The position numbers and the translations under genes are program-made. A stretch of 64,000 nt of DNA. Origin: an uncultured delta proteobacterium. Lineage in GTDB: Bacteria > Desulfobacterota > Desulfobacteria > Desulfobacterales > Desulfatirhabdiaceae. The notes beneath the pieces were generated by a model, which worked only from the letters and a program-made list of their open reading frames with translations, searched no databases and was not told where the DNA came from. Positions 43,089-56,281 of this stretch are shown piece after piece. How positions within the stretch are numbered: the stretch's first letter is position 1; the number at the start of each line of letters is the position of its first letter. Location: assembly GCA_963789395.1 (NCBI GenBank), contig CAWBKP010000025.1:59908-123907 (forward strand), read 5' to 3'.

Positions 43089-44530
43089 GTGAAGGTTGAT
43101 TTTACGCTTCTTTTACCAGAACTGGTTCAGATCCTGATTATACTGGGACTGTTCGTTCAGACCCTGAAAAAACCGGGAACTGAGAATAAAGGGGTTTTCT
43201 TCGGCATCGGCTGGCTGCCATGGGCTGCTGCTGTCGGCATTGCCGCGGCCGCTTTCAGCATGAAGACGATCCGGACTCCTGTTTTGGGACGCATACCAGG
43301 TGGACGGGTTGTCTCAGTTTTTCAAGATGGCCGTTGCCCTGGGTTTTGCTATTGCGTCCTTAAATGCCATGTCCGCTCCGACCATCAAAGACGATCAGCG
43401 GGCGGATTATTTTCTGTTTTTTGCCTTGAGCTCTCTTGGGCTCATGCTGATGGCCAGCTCCGTTGAACTGATCACCATTTATATTTCACTGGAGATTGCC
43501 TCGTACAGTCTTTACGCCATCATTCCCATTCGCGGCAATGATCCGCGCGCCGCCGAAGCAGGAATCAAATACATTCTCTTTGGTGCGGCGGCGACTGCCA
43601 TCGCGCTGTTCGGCCTGTCCTACATCCTGGCGTCCCAGCATACCACATATCTGCATCTTCTGGCCGCCAAGTCCTGGGCTTGGGCGGATTCTCCCCTGGC
43701 GGTCACGGGAATCACCCTGTTTATGGTGGGCTTCTTTTTCAAACTGGCCTTGTTCCCGTTTCATTTCTGGTGCCCGGATGTTTATGACGGCACCAGCAAC
43801 GAAACCGCCGCCTTTGCAGCCACCCTTCCCAAACTCGGGGCCGTGGTGATCCTGATTCGCCTGGTTGCCCTGGTAAAACCTGAAATTGAAATTATCACCA
43901 TCATGGCGGTATTGTCGGCGGCCTCCATGACATTCGGAAATCTGGCTGCCCTGATTCAGACGGATGTCAAGCGGATTCTGGGGTATTCCAGTGTTGCGCA
44001 TGCCGGATATGTGCTGGTGGGGCTGGTGGCTGCCAGCGCCATGGGGCTTTCCGCCGCCGGTTTCTACAGCCTGATTTATCTCTTGATGAATCTGACCTGT
44101 TTCTGGGTGATCTGCAGCCTGTCCACGGACGGCAAGAACCTGATGCTGGATGACTTGAACGGCCTTTACAAGCGGGCGCCATATCTGGCCTTTGTTCTGG
44201 CGGTCGGTGCATTCGCGCTGGTCGGCCTGCCGCCGACGGCCGGTTTCATGGGAAAGCTCTTTCTGCTGACCGCAGCCTGGAACCGCGGGTATAACTGGCT
44301 GATCATCATTGCTGCGCTTAACACCGCCATTTCCATTTATTATTATTTAAACATCGTCCGCCACGCCTATACCCAGGAAAGCGACGGCTCTGCAGCCGGA
44401 AGCAGGTGCCAAGACGCGGCAGCGCCGTCTGGGGCGGTGTGTCTGGCGGCATCTCTGCTGGTTCTGGGTGTCATTCCCCGGATCCGTTTTCCGCTGGATG
44501 GAAGAAGCTGCAAAACAAATGATGCCATAG
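43089..44530 (+). CDS. nuoN: NADH-quinone oxidoreductase subunit N, frameshifted
   Basis: SLEIAS, EAGIKY, FKLALFPFHFWCPDVYDG, KRILGYSSVAHAGY and GLPPTAGFMGK motifs. Confidence 0.9.
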
Positions 44531-44553
44531 ATCTTATGCCTGGATGTAGCTCT

Positions 44554-44590
44554 TCTGCCTTCCTCCGCAGCAGTGTGCGAGGAAGGCAGA
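44554..44590. terminator. GC-rich hairpin closing the nuo operon
   Basis: tctgccttcctc/gaggaaggcaga 12-bp stem just after the nuoN stop; weak U tract. Confidence 0.5.
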
Positions 44591-44859
44591 GAGCGCAGCT
44601 CTCTTTCATGCGTTATCGGTCCGTAACCAAATCCCCGATCTCCGTATCCGGACATCCTATCGAATACTGATGTCCCCTGTTTGACATGCCTGAGTCATTT
44701 CGCCATTCCGTCAGATTATTGACAATCACGCTTTGATTCATATTAGTATATACGGTACGTACGATTGTCAATTTAATCGAATGGGTCCTGTTATTCAAGT
44801 AATTGCTGCACATTAAGCTTGCAACACTCATTTAACACAATAAAGTATAGTTATCATGT

Positions 44860-45610
44860 ATGAATGAAAAAATTGATTTAAAAAACCGGGATACGATATT
44901 ACGATTAATCACATTATCGGTGGTATTCTTGAGCTGTTTATTTTTGCCTGTACCCTCGTTTATCAGCTCGATGAAAAGAATCATATTGAAACACCGATAA
45001 CCGAAGAAATGGCCAAAGTTGTACATTGACCATCCGGAAAAACTCAAGGCAAATGAACGGATTGCCGTGAGTACGCGAAACAGCATGTACAACAATCAGC
45101 AGATTTATCTTCTGATCAGCGACGAGACGATTGTTGAATCCGTTCCCTTGGAAAGGATGGATTCTGATTTCCATCGGCGCGCCCATCGGTCTATTTTTTC
45201 TGGTGACGCTGATCACCAAAGCCTATTTTCAGGCCATTGAACCGGATTTCAAGGAAGATGAGGAAAATGCCAACCAGTGGATTTCGGCCTTGAACCGCCT
45301 GAGCAAAATCAATGTCATCTGGTTCATGCTCCTTCTGGTCTGCGCGCTGTTTCTGGTGTGGTATATTCCGGAAGTCGTCAAATTTGCCGGGAAGTGTCAC
45401 TTCTGCGTGGCTGGCCAAATTCTGGTGGATTCCCACCGCTTTGTTCAGATCGTTTTTCTGACCATCATCTGGTGGATTTATCTGCAGTACCGGCTTAAAG
45501 TCAATGTCATGCACATGGAAATGGAAAAATTCAAGCTGCTGCAGTATGAGCAGAAAAAGGCATTGCTCTTGCCTGAGGAGACTGCCGGCCAGATTCAGCT
45601 CACTGAATAG
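44860..45610 (+). CDS. Hypothetical multi-TM membrane protein, frameshifted
   Basis: Consecutive protein-like segments in different frames (NPFPWKGWILISIGAPIGLFFL; IIWWIYLQYRLK). Confidence 0.6.
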
Positions 45611-45857
45611 GAAAATTTCCGGTTCCGCTGCATTTCTTGAATTGTCAACAAGCCTGAAATCGCTAGTGAAATCATTGAAAAAGGCAGGCTGATCCGTCTG
45701 GTCAACGGCCGGATCCCAATGAAACCTACTTGAGTGATTCTCTATGTTCAAAAAATTCGACACCGGTCAGTTATGGGTCGCCCTGATTCTGGGCCTGGTG
45801 GTGCTATGCCTGGCGGGTTACCGGATGTGGATGCTTGTAAATACAAAGACATGGTGG

Positions 45858-46583
45858 TTAACCGTCGACGGCGTTTGCGATTTCATCGGCAATGCGTTTT
45901 GCGGCTGCCCGGGGATCTTTGGCGTCCCGGATGGGCCTGCCGATGACAATATAGTCCGAGCCGTTCAGCACAGCCTGTGCCGGGGTGGTGATCCGCTGCT
46001 GGTCATCTTTTGAGACCCCGTCCCAGAGCGGGCGGATTCCCGGGGTTACCGCGACAAACTCCCTGCCGAACCGGTTTTTCACGGCGGAAACTTCAAGCCC
46101 CGAGCAGACAATGCCGGTGCATCCCGCAGCTTTGGCCATTTCAGCCCGTTTCATGACCAGGCCGGCTGGATTTTCTCCATATTCCGGGCAAAACCCGGCT
46201 GCTGCGATGTCCTGGCCGGAAACGCTGGTCAGGACCGTTACGCCCAGAACCCCGACCTTCCCATTTCCGCCCTCCACCGCGGCCTTCAGCATGGCCGGAT
46301 TTTCGCCGCAGTGAACCGTTGCAAATGTTGCTCCGAGTTCGGCGACCCCTGCCATGGCCCGGGATACCGTTGCCGGAATATCATGAAATTTCAGATCCAG
46401 AAACACGCCGGCAGTGCCTGATTCCAGAATCCATCGCACCAGCTCCGGTCCGGACCGGACAAAAAGCTCCAGCCCCACCTTGAACATGCCGACATGATTG
46501 GAAAGCAGCCGGACAAAATCTCTGGCCGCATCGACGGATGGCACATCGAGCGGGAAAATGATATAATCTTTGGCTGTTTTCAT
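45858..46583 (-). CDS. pyrF: Orotidine-5'-phosphate decarboxylase
   Basis: FKVGLEL, FLDLKFHDIPATV, VTVLTS, VTPGIR and IVIGRPI motifs. Confidence 0.96.
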   Translation of the reverse strand: MKTAKDYIIFPLDVPSVDAARDFVRLLSNHVGMFKVGLELFVRSGPELVRWILESGTAGVFLDLKFHDIPATVSRAMAGVAELGATFATVHCGENPAMLKAAVEGGNGKVGVLGVTVLTSVSGQDIAAAGFCPEYGENPAGLVMKRAEMAKAAGCTGIVCSGLEVSAVKNRFGREFVAVTPGIRPLWDGVSKDDQQRITTPAQAVLNGSDYIVIGRPIRDAKDPRAAAKRIADEIANAVDG

Positions 46584-46680
46584 AAATAGTCCTCTTGAGG
46601 CTGCGGGAAAAGAAACAAGGCAGTGATCAGCCAATATGATGAAATGTTATTGAAGGCATCTTTCTTGCGTCCTGTGTTGC

Positions 46681-47732
46681 CTACATCTGATAATGGGATT
46701 CAATCCACTCCAGATACGCGCCGGTTTTGATGCGGGTCACCCAGTCCCGATGCTCCAGATACCAGCGGATGGTTTTTCGGATGCCGGTTTCAAAGGACTC
46801 TTCGGGCAGCCACCCCAGCTCTTTTTCGATTTTTCCGCAGTCAATGGCATAGCGAAGGTCATGTCCGGGTCTGTCTTTGACAAAGGTGATCAGATTCCCG
46901 TCTGGACCCGGCAGCTGCCGGAACCAGCTCATCCATGATATCACAGATCAGCTCAACCACGGAAAGGTTGGTCATTTCGCATCGTGCCGCCGACGTTGTA
47001 GGTTTCTCCGCGCCGGCCCTTTTGCATGATGAGCCAGACAGCCCGGCAGTGATCTCTGACAAACAGCCAGTCCCTGACATTCTGGCCGTTTCCGTAAACC
47101 GGCAAGGGCTTTCCTTCCAGGGCGTTCAGGATCATCAGGGGAATCAGTTTTTCCGGAAAATGATAGGGGCCGTAGTTGTTGGAACAGTTGGAAAGGGTTA
47201 TCGGCAGACCATAGGTGCGGCTGTAGGCCATGACCAGGTGATCGGATGCCGCTTTTGAAGCCGAATAGGGACTGCTGGGATCATAGGCCGTGGTTTCCGT
47301 GAAATAGCCGTCACTGCCCAGGGAGCCGAAGACTTCGTCGGTGCTGACATGGTGAAACAAAACCAGGCGATTCATGTTCTGCCTGGCCAGCTCCAGCAGA
47401 TTGAACGTCCCGTTGATATTGGTCTTGATAAAGGCATCGGGTTCGGCGATGGACCGGTCAACATGCGATTCCGCGGCAAAATGGCAGATGGTATCGATTT
47501 GAAAGGCGTCAAATACCTCGGACATGGCGGCCCGGTCGCAGATATCCGCTTTGACAAAGACGTAGCGATCCTTGAATTCGGTGTCAATGCCGGCAAGATT
47601 TTCCGGGTTTCCGGCATAGGTCAGGCGGTCCACGTTGATCACCCGGCCGCTGAAATCGGATTCAGAAAGCAGGTAGCGGATAAAATTCGATCCAATAAAT
47701 CCGCACCCGCCGGTTACCAGAATGTTTTTCAT
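46681..47732 (-). CDS. rfbB: dTDP-glucose 4,6-dehydratase, frameshifted near 46940-46990
   Basis: [29 protein letters not shown] and [12 protein letters not shown] motifs. Confidence 0.93.
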
Positions 47733-47874
47733 AACTCCCCCTTTCGGGATTTGCTGATAAATAGATATTTTATATCAAAGCCTGTGAATAAATCTATTGA
47801 ACCCATTGACTTTAAGATGATATGTTACTAGTTTGAAAAAAAAAAGTCCATAAATAAAGGGCAATCAACGCTTC

Positions 47875-49311
47875 ATGAAACTCTCTGAAACCCAACAAAT
47901 GCTGCTGCGCCGGCTTCCCGGCGTTGACCGGATGCTGGAGCTGGCAAAAACCGATGCGTTTTTTCAGGATGTTCCCGTATCCGTGGTGACCAGATCCGCC
48001 CGTCAGGTGATCGAATCGCTTCGCACGGCCATTCTTGAAAACAGCGATGAAACGATTGAACAGGGGCTCTCTGATGCATCCGTCATTGAAAGAATCAGAG
48101 AATCGGCTGCAGGTGCCATGTCTTTGAATCTTTTCAGAACCATCAATGCAACGGGCGTCGTGGTGCACACCAACCTGGGCAGATCCCTGCTGGCGGATGA
48201 GGCCATTGCCAATCTTCAGATCATTGCCGGAAGGTATTCGAACCTGGAATTTGATATCAGCGCGGGAAAGCGCGGATCCCGTTACCGGGCCGTGGAAGAT
48301 ATTCTTTGCGAGATCACCGGCGCCGAGGCGGCCATGGTGGTCAACAACAATGCCGCAGCGGTGCTGCTGTGCCTGGATACGCTGGCCAAGGGAAAAGAAG
48401 TGGTGGTTTCCAGAGGGGAACTGGTTGAAATCGGCGGCGTCATTCCGGATTCCGGATGTGATGGCCAGAACCGGCGCCATCCTTAAGGAAGTCGGGACGA
48501 CCAACCGCACCCATTTAAAAGATTATGCCCAGGCCATACAGGAATCAACGGGCCTGCTGCTGAAAGTGCATACCAGTAATTACCGGGTGACGGGGTTTAC
48601 CGCATCGGTTTCGCTCGGCGAGCTGGTATCCCTTGGGAAAAGCCAGGGGAATTGCGGTGATGGAAGATCTGGGAAGCGGCACTCTGGTGGATTTTTCGCG
48701 ATACGGGATGCAGAAAGAGCCCACGGTTCAGGAATCGGTTGCATCCGGCGCGGACGTGATTACTTTCAGTGGAGACAAGCTTCTGGGCGGCCCCCAGGCA
48801 GGGATCATTCTGGGAACAAAGGCCATTCTGGATAGCATCAAGCAAAATCCCCTGACCCGGGCGCTTCGCATCGACAAGCTGACGCTTGCGGCGCTGGAAA
48901 GTACGCTTCGCCTGTACCGGGACCCGGAAAAAGCCATACAAGCCATTCCGACATTGCGAATGCTGACCCTGCCGATGCAACGAGATTCAGCGCCGGGCAG
49001 ACCGGTTATGCGCGCTGCTGTCCGATATCGGGGATTTGCGGCTGAGCCTGACCCAGCATGCATTGTCTTCACGGGCCGGCGGCGGCTCTCTTCCCCTTCT
49101 GGATATTCCAACGGTCTGTGTGGGGATGCGGGTGGCCGGCATATCGACACATGCCGTGGAATCGTTTTTGCGTCATCATGCGCCTCCCGTTATCGGCAGA
49201 ATTGAAACCGATGTCTTCCTGATGGATGTCCGAACCCTTCAGGACGATGAACTGCAGTGGATTCAAACGGCTGTTTCGGCGCTTTTAAAAAGGACCGCGG
49301 TGCTGTCATGA
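47875..49311 (+). CDS. selA: L-seryl-tRNA(Sec) selenium transferase, frameshifted
   Basis: [53 protein letters not shown] and RALRIDK motifs. Confidence 0.93.
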
Positions 49312-50605
49312 AGACAATGGCTTTGGAAAAAACCGGACATGACTTCGGTGGGTTCAACCGGCACCTCACAGGTGTTTTTGTTTTCAAAAACCCTTTCGCC
49401 ATCCGGAAAAAGATTCGACGGCATCTCTTTCGCCGGATGCTTCAGCCCCGGTTATTTCCGGGGAGATTCAGGATGGTTTTTCAAATGCATTTCCCGGCAT
49501 ACTGGCCGGTCAGGCTTTTGTGGATGCGGCGCTGCAGCAAATGGGGGCTTTCGGGTTCACTGTCATGATGATTCGGTCGGATTCCCGGTTAAACGCAGGA
49601 GACGGCGGTGCCATCGATCCGTTTTTATTGAATGCCGGGTTCATTCTGGAGCAGGTGACCCGGCCGCTTCATGCCATGTGGGGGCTGATCAATCCCGATA
49701 CCCTTGGGTGCATGATTCCGGAAACCGATCTGGTCTGTTTGCCGAAATCTTGGGGCGAATATTCAGAATCAACTGGCGGCATTTCAAAAAGAAACCGTTT
49801 CCATCGGGATTGCTGTTTTTCCTTTGGCCGGTTTCAGCCGAAATGATGCGGTGTTGAATGCATGGAAGGCATTGACCCATGCCGCGGTGGTGGGCCCCGG
49901 AAGTATGGTGGTTCTGGATGCCGTCAGTCTGAACATCAGCGGGGACCAGCTTTATCAGGCAGGCAATCTTCAGGGGGCCGTTGAAGAGTATCGAAAGGCG
50001 TTGCAATTGGATCCTTCCAATGTCAATGTTCATAACAGCCTGGGCGTTTGTTACGGCATGATGGAGAGGTACGATGCGGCGGAAGCGGAATTTGATGCCG
50101 CGCTGCTGCTGAAGCCTGATGAAGTCATGGCCCTGTATCAATCTGGGGGTGATCTGCCTGCTGACCGGCCGAAAAGAAATGGCGCTGGAATTTTTTATGA
50201 AAGCTGCGGCCATTGATGACGGGATTTTTGAGCTGGCCCTTTTAACCGGCAAGCTTTATCTCGATGCCGGAAATCCGGAAAAAGCCAGATCATTTCTGGA
50301 AAAAGCGCTGGACTGCCGGCCGAAATCCGGAACAGCCCTGCGAACCCTGGGTGCCTGTTTTTCATCGCTGAACCTTCTCCGGGAAGCGGTTGCGGTCTAT
50401 ACCCGTGCGGTCAAGAACAATCCCAGCGATGCAGAGTCCTTTTCCCAGGTTGGGGCAGCTTTACGATAAGATCGGAGAAAACCCTGAGATTGCGCGGCTG
50501 TTCTGTCAGCAGAGTGTGGCGATTGCTCCGGAAAATGAGGTTTACCGCGAAAGGCTTAACAGGCTGATGCAAAAGTCACTGAAAGTTGCTGTATCTTCTC
50601 AGTGA
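49308..50605 (+). CDS. Degenerate GGDEF-like domain plus TPR repeats, frameshifted
   Basis: TVSIGIAVFP..AWKALTHA, followed by TPRs (YRKALQLDPSNVNVHNSLGVCY). Confidence 0.7.
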
Positions 50606-50709
50606 GGGGCCTGACCCCGTGTAGGATGTAACAACTGAAACAATGATCGTGTCAATGCATCTGCGAAGATGACTGTCCGGGAATATTTTATATAGAGGAG
50701 TTCATTCTC

Positions 50710-50946
50710 ATGCCTATTTATGAGTATCGTTGTCAGGAATGCAAAAAGGATTTTGAATATCTGGTGTTTCGAAATCAGGAGCCTGAAGCATGTCCGTGCT
50801 GCAGGAGCCCGAAGGTGTGCCGGCTCATGTCCGCCTGCGGCTTTGTCTGCAAGGGCGGCGGCGGGGAAACGGTCAGTTCATCGGCTTCGGTCGGGTCTTC
50901 CTGCGGCGGATGCAGTGCTTCAAGCTGCGCCGGGTGTGGCCACTGA
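50710..50946 (+). CDS. FmdB-family zinc-ribbon protein
   Basis: MPIYEYRCQEC..CPCC; Cys/Gly-rich tail; RBS gaggag. Confidence 0.9.
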   Translation: MPIYEYRCQECKKDFEYLVFRNQEPEACPCCRSPKVCRLMSACGFVCKGGGGETVSSSASVGSSCGGCSASSCAGCGH

Positions 50947-51876
50947 TGAAATCCATCTTGCGCATCGGAACCCGCGGCAGCAAGCTGGCCCTCTGGCAGG
51001 CGAACTGGGTCAAACAGGCCATTGAAGCGGAACATTCGCATCTGTCTGTTGAGATCCGGATCATCAAAACCAAGGGAGATAAAATTCTGGATGTGCCTCT
51101 GGCCAAGATCGGCGGCAAAGGGCTCTTTGTCAAGGAAATCGAGGAAGCGCTTTTGGATGGCGGCATTGATATCGCCGTTCACAGCATGAAGGACATGCCG
51201 GGGGATATCCCGGCAGGCCTTTGTATCGGTGCGGTTCCGGAGCGGGAAAATCCGTTCGATGTGTTGATCTCCGGCCAGGGGCTTTGCCTCAAGGACCTGA
51301 AATCCGGCGCCCGCATCGGCACCAGCAGTCTTCGCCGGTCCGCCCAGCTTTTTCATGTGCGGCCGGATCTGAATATCGTCCCGTTGCGCGGGAACCTGGA
51401 CACCCGCTTGAAAAAACTGGAGGGTCATGATCTGGATGGCATTATCCTGGCTGCGGCAGGTGTCAGACGGCTGGGTCTTGAAAACCGGATTACCGAGTAT
51501 CTGACTGAAGACCTGCTGCTGCCTGCGGCCGGTCAGGGCGCCTTGTGCATCGAGATTCGCGACAATGATGCGATGACGGCAGCGGCGGTCGCCGGTCTGG
51601 ATCATTTCCCGACCCGGCGGGTGGTTCTGGGAGAGCGGGCGTTTTTGCACCGGCTCCAGGGCGGATGTCAGGTACCGATTGCCGCTTATGGAAAAACCGA
51701 AGGAACCGCCATTCGCCTGCGCGGGCTTGTGGCGTCTCTGGATGGCAAAAACATCATCCGCGATTCGGTTTCCGGTCCCGAAACCCAAGCCGAATCCATG
51801 GGGATTCGAGCTTGCCGAACGGCTGCTGTCAAAAGGCGCGGACCGGCTGCTGAGCGAACTTCTGTCGGCCGTATAA
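50946..51876 (+). CDS. hemC: Hydroxymethylbilane synthase, frameshift near 51805
   Basis: IGTRGSKLALWQA, GGKGLFVKE, AVHSMKD, GTSSLRR and GGCQVPI motifs. Confidence 0.95.
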
Positions 51877-51907
51877 ATGCCGCTCATGAAAAGATAAAGA
51901 GACATTC

Positions 51908-53447
51908 ATGAACCAATCAAGCGGTAAAGTGTATCTGATCGGCGCAGGGCCCGGAGATCCGGGCCTGATTACCGTCAAAGGGCTTAAGTTGCATCCAGAA
52001 TGCGGATGTGGTGGTGTATGATTATCTGGCCGCGCCTTCGCTGCTGGCAGAGGCCTCTCCCCATGCGGAAATCATTTACGTGGGCAAGAAAGGCGGGGAT
52101 CACACCCTGACCCAGGACAAGATCAATCTGCTGATTGCCGAAAAAGCCAAGGCCGGTAAAACCGTTGCGCGGCTGAAAGGCGGGGATCCCTTTATTTTTG
52201 GAAGGGGAGGGGAAGAGGCCGAGGTACTGGTTCGGGAAGGTGTTCCGTTTGAGATCGTTCCCGGGGTGACCTCCGCCATTGCCGCCCCTGCCTATGCCGG
52301 AATCCCGTTGACCCACCGGGAGTTTACCTCCACCCTGGCGCTGGTGACCGGCCATGAAGACCCGGAAAAAAACGCATCCAGCATCAACTGGGCATGTCTG
52401 GCGGCCGGGGTGGGAACACTGGTGTTTTTGATGGGAGTCAAAAACCTTCCCCAGATTGTTCATCAGCTTGTTCTAAACGGCAAGTCCCCGCAGACGCCCG
52501 TGGCGCTGGTGCAGTGGGGAACGACCGCCAGACAGCGTACGGTGACCGGAACCCTGGAAACCATCGTTGAGCGGGTCACAGCAGCCAAATTGTCATCTCC
52601 TGCCATCATCGTGGTCGGAGAAGTGGTGACCCTGAGGGAGAAGCTGAAATGGTTCGAAACCCGGCCCCTGTTTGGAAAAACCGTTGTGGTGACCCGGGCC
52701 AGGGAACAGGCCAGCGATCTGGTGAAATCCCTGACCGATCTTGGGGCCAACTGCCTGGAATTTCCAACCATTCAGGTTGGGCCCCCGGACAGCTGGGCTG
52801 CGCTGGATGCTGCGCTGGATTGCCTGCCGTCATACAACTGGGTGGTGTTTACCAGCGTGAATGGCGTCAAATATTTTTTTGAAAGACTTTTTGCCAGAGG
52901 CCTCGATGTGCGCGCCCTGGGTCATATCCGGACAGCGGCCATCGGTCCGGTTACCGCTCAGCATCTGCGGCGCTTTGGCCTGAAGAGCGATATCATTCCG
53001 GAGAGCTATCGCGCGGAATCGGTTGTGGATGCATTCAAAGCCGAATCCATAAAAGGCAACAGGATCCTTCTTCCCCGGGCCAAAGAAGCCAGGCCCGTAT
53101 TGCCGGTCGAGCTTTCGAAAATGGGAGCGGTTGTGGACGAGGTGACGGTTTATTGCACCCGCCAGGTCCATGGCCATGCCGATGCCCTGATTCAGCTTCT
53201 GGAAGACCGCCAGGTGGATCTGGTGACATTTACCAGCTCTTCAACGGTGAGTAATTTTATGGCGCTGCTGCCGTCCGACAGGGCAGGGGATCTGCTCAAG
53301 GGGGTCACCCTTGCCAGTATCGGACCGATTACCACGGCCACGGCCAACGAACTCGGGCTTGAAATTCACATTACGGCCCAAACCTATACCATTCCCGGAT
53401 TGTGCGAGGCCATCACGGAATTTTATCGGCTGAAGGAAACAGGCTGA
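51908..53447 (+). CDS. cobA: Uroporphyrinogen-III C-methyltransferase/synthase fusion (CobA-HemD), frameshift near 51985
   Basis: [27 protein letters not shown]; HemD part FTSVNGV and FTSSSTV. Confidence 0.93.
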
Positions 53448-53479
53448 GAAATTGATGGATTGAAAATGAGATCTGATAA

Positions 53480-54475
<996 letters not shown>

Positions 54476-54618
54476 CCGGCCATGCAGTGACGATCCCGGA
54501 CTTGCCCTTTCCTCCTTTTAAAAATTTCCAAATAATGATAATTTTAATGACGCTTTTATGCGTTTAACTTATCAAGATCGCTCAGTCAGCAATGGCAGAT
54601 CGAAAACAGGACGCTATC

Positions 54619-56272
54619 ATGTCGAATCAAATTCCGTTGCCCGGTCAATTTTCGACCATCGGCGAATACACTTATGAAGAATTTCTGGAAGCCGTGGAAG
54701 CCTTTCACGGGTATAAAGCCCCGGGGGTTGTGATCGGCGGCATCATGGTGGAGGTTGCCATGCAACAACTCCCCCCGCACACCTTGTTTGACGCCATCAG
54801 CGAAACAACTTACTGCCTTCCGGACGCCATACAGCTGCTGACCCCGTGTACTACGGGAAACGGCTGGCTCCGGGTATTCAATCTCGGGCGATATGCCCTG
54901 AGCCTTTATGACAAGTATCAGGGCGGCGGTTTTCGGGTGTTTGTGGATACCCGGAAAATCCAGGCGTTTTCTGAAATCCACACCTGGTTTTTTAAGCTCA
55001 AGCCCAAAAAGGAACAGGACGATAAGCTCCTGATGCGGCAGATCCGCGAAGCAGGCTCGTCGATCTATAGTATTGAGCCGGTCATGATTCAGCCGCAGTA
55101 TCTTCAAAAACGGCACAAGGACCGCATTGCGTCCTGTCCGCTCTGCGGCGAAGCCTATCCCCAGGATCACGGGCGGATCTGCCGCGCCTGTCAGGGCCAG
55201 TCGCCATATCTTGTGGCAGCAGAAACTCCGCCCGTTCCCCGGCTTCAAAGCGCGCCGGTAGAAGACTCCATCGGACAAAAAATCCTCCATGATCTGACGG
55301 AAATCATTCCGGGCCAAAGCAAAGGCCCGGCCTTTAAAAAAGGGCAGATCATCGGCGCAGGCGATCTTTGCCAGTTGCATCGGATGGGAAAGCAGCATGT
55401 ATATGTTGACGACGGCAAAGGCCCGGGTGAAGGGTGGGTGCACGAAAACGAGGCGGCCCTGTCTTTTGCGGGGGCTATGGCCGGAAAAGGGGTGAGCTAT
55501 ACGGAGCCGCCCCGGGAAGGTAAAATCAATTTCAGGGCGGCTTCCGACGGACTCCTGGTGGTGGATGACCATCAATTGGAAATTTTCAACCGGATTCCCG
55601 GGGTGATGTGCGCTACCCGAAAAGGCTATTCGGTGCTGCGGGCAGGCCAGGATTTTGCCGGTACCCGTGCGATTCCCCTGTTTCTTCCGAGAACCGATTT
55701 TGAAAAAGCCATGCAGATTCTGGAGAAAGGGCCGATATTTCAGATCCTGCCGATCCGGGAAGCAAGGGTCGGCATTCTGGTGACCGGAACGGAAGTGTTC
55801 CGGGGTCTGGTTCAGGACCGCTTTATTCCCATCATCCGCGGGAAAACCGAAAAATACGGATGCAGCGTTGTCCATTCCAAAATCGTTCCGGATGAAAAAG
55901 AAGCAATTGTTGAAGGTATCGCTGAGATTCTGGGCGCCGGCGCCGATCTTCTGGTGACCACTGCAGGGCTTTCCGTGGATCCGGATGATGTCACCCGTCA
56001 GGGACTCATTGAAGCCGGCGCAAAGGACATGCTCTATGGCGCGCCCATAATATCCGGGAGCCATGACGCTGCTGGCCCGCATCGGTGCCGTGCAGGTGAT
56101 CGGCGTGCCGGCCTGCGCCCTGTATTTTAAAACCACAAGTTTTGATCTGCTGCTGCCGCGCCTGCTGGCAGGCGTTCCCATTACCCGGACCGATCTGTCC
56201 CGCATGGGGCACGGCGCGTTTTGTCTGGAATGCAAAACCTGTTCATATCCCAAATGTCCGTTTGGAAAATAA
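54619..56272 (+). CDS. FmdE-family domain + Cys finger + molybdopterin-binding (MoCF_biosynth/MoeA-like) fusion, frameshift near 56050
   Basis: FHGYKAPG, CLPDAIQLLTPCT, CPLCGE..CRAC, TGTEV, GLSVDPDDVT; tail GAFCLECKTCSYPKCPFGK. Confidence 0.82.
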
Positions 56273-56281
56273 AGGAGAAAC

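Noticed and set aside
44718..44772. 10-bp inverted repeat attgacaatc/gattgtcaat
   Set aside because: Could be an operator or promoter pair, but the -10 spacing is unconvincing and there is no second instance.
45744..46013. Small single-TM ORF MFKKFDTGQLW
   Set aside because: The N-terminal part is plausible, but the ORF runs deep into pyrF on the opposite strand and its true end cannot be fixed.
26418..49311. Selenocysteine (UGA) recoding in redox genes, suggested by selA
   Set aside because: The breaks are frame changes, not in-frame TGA at Cys positions; the ligand positions I checked are Cys codons.
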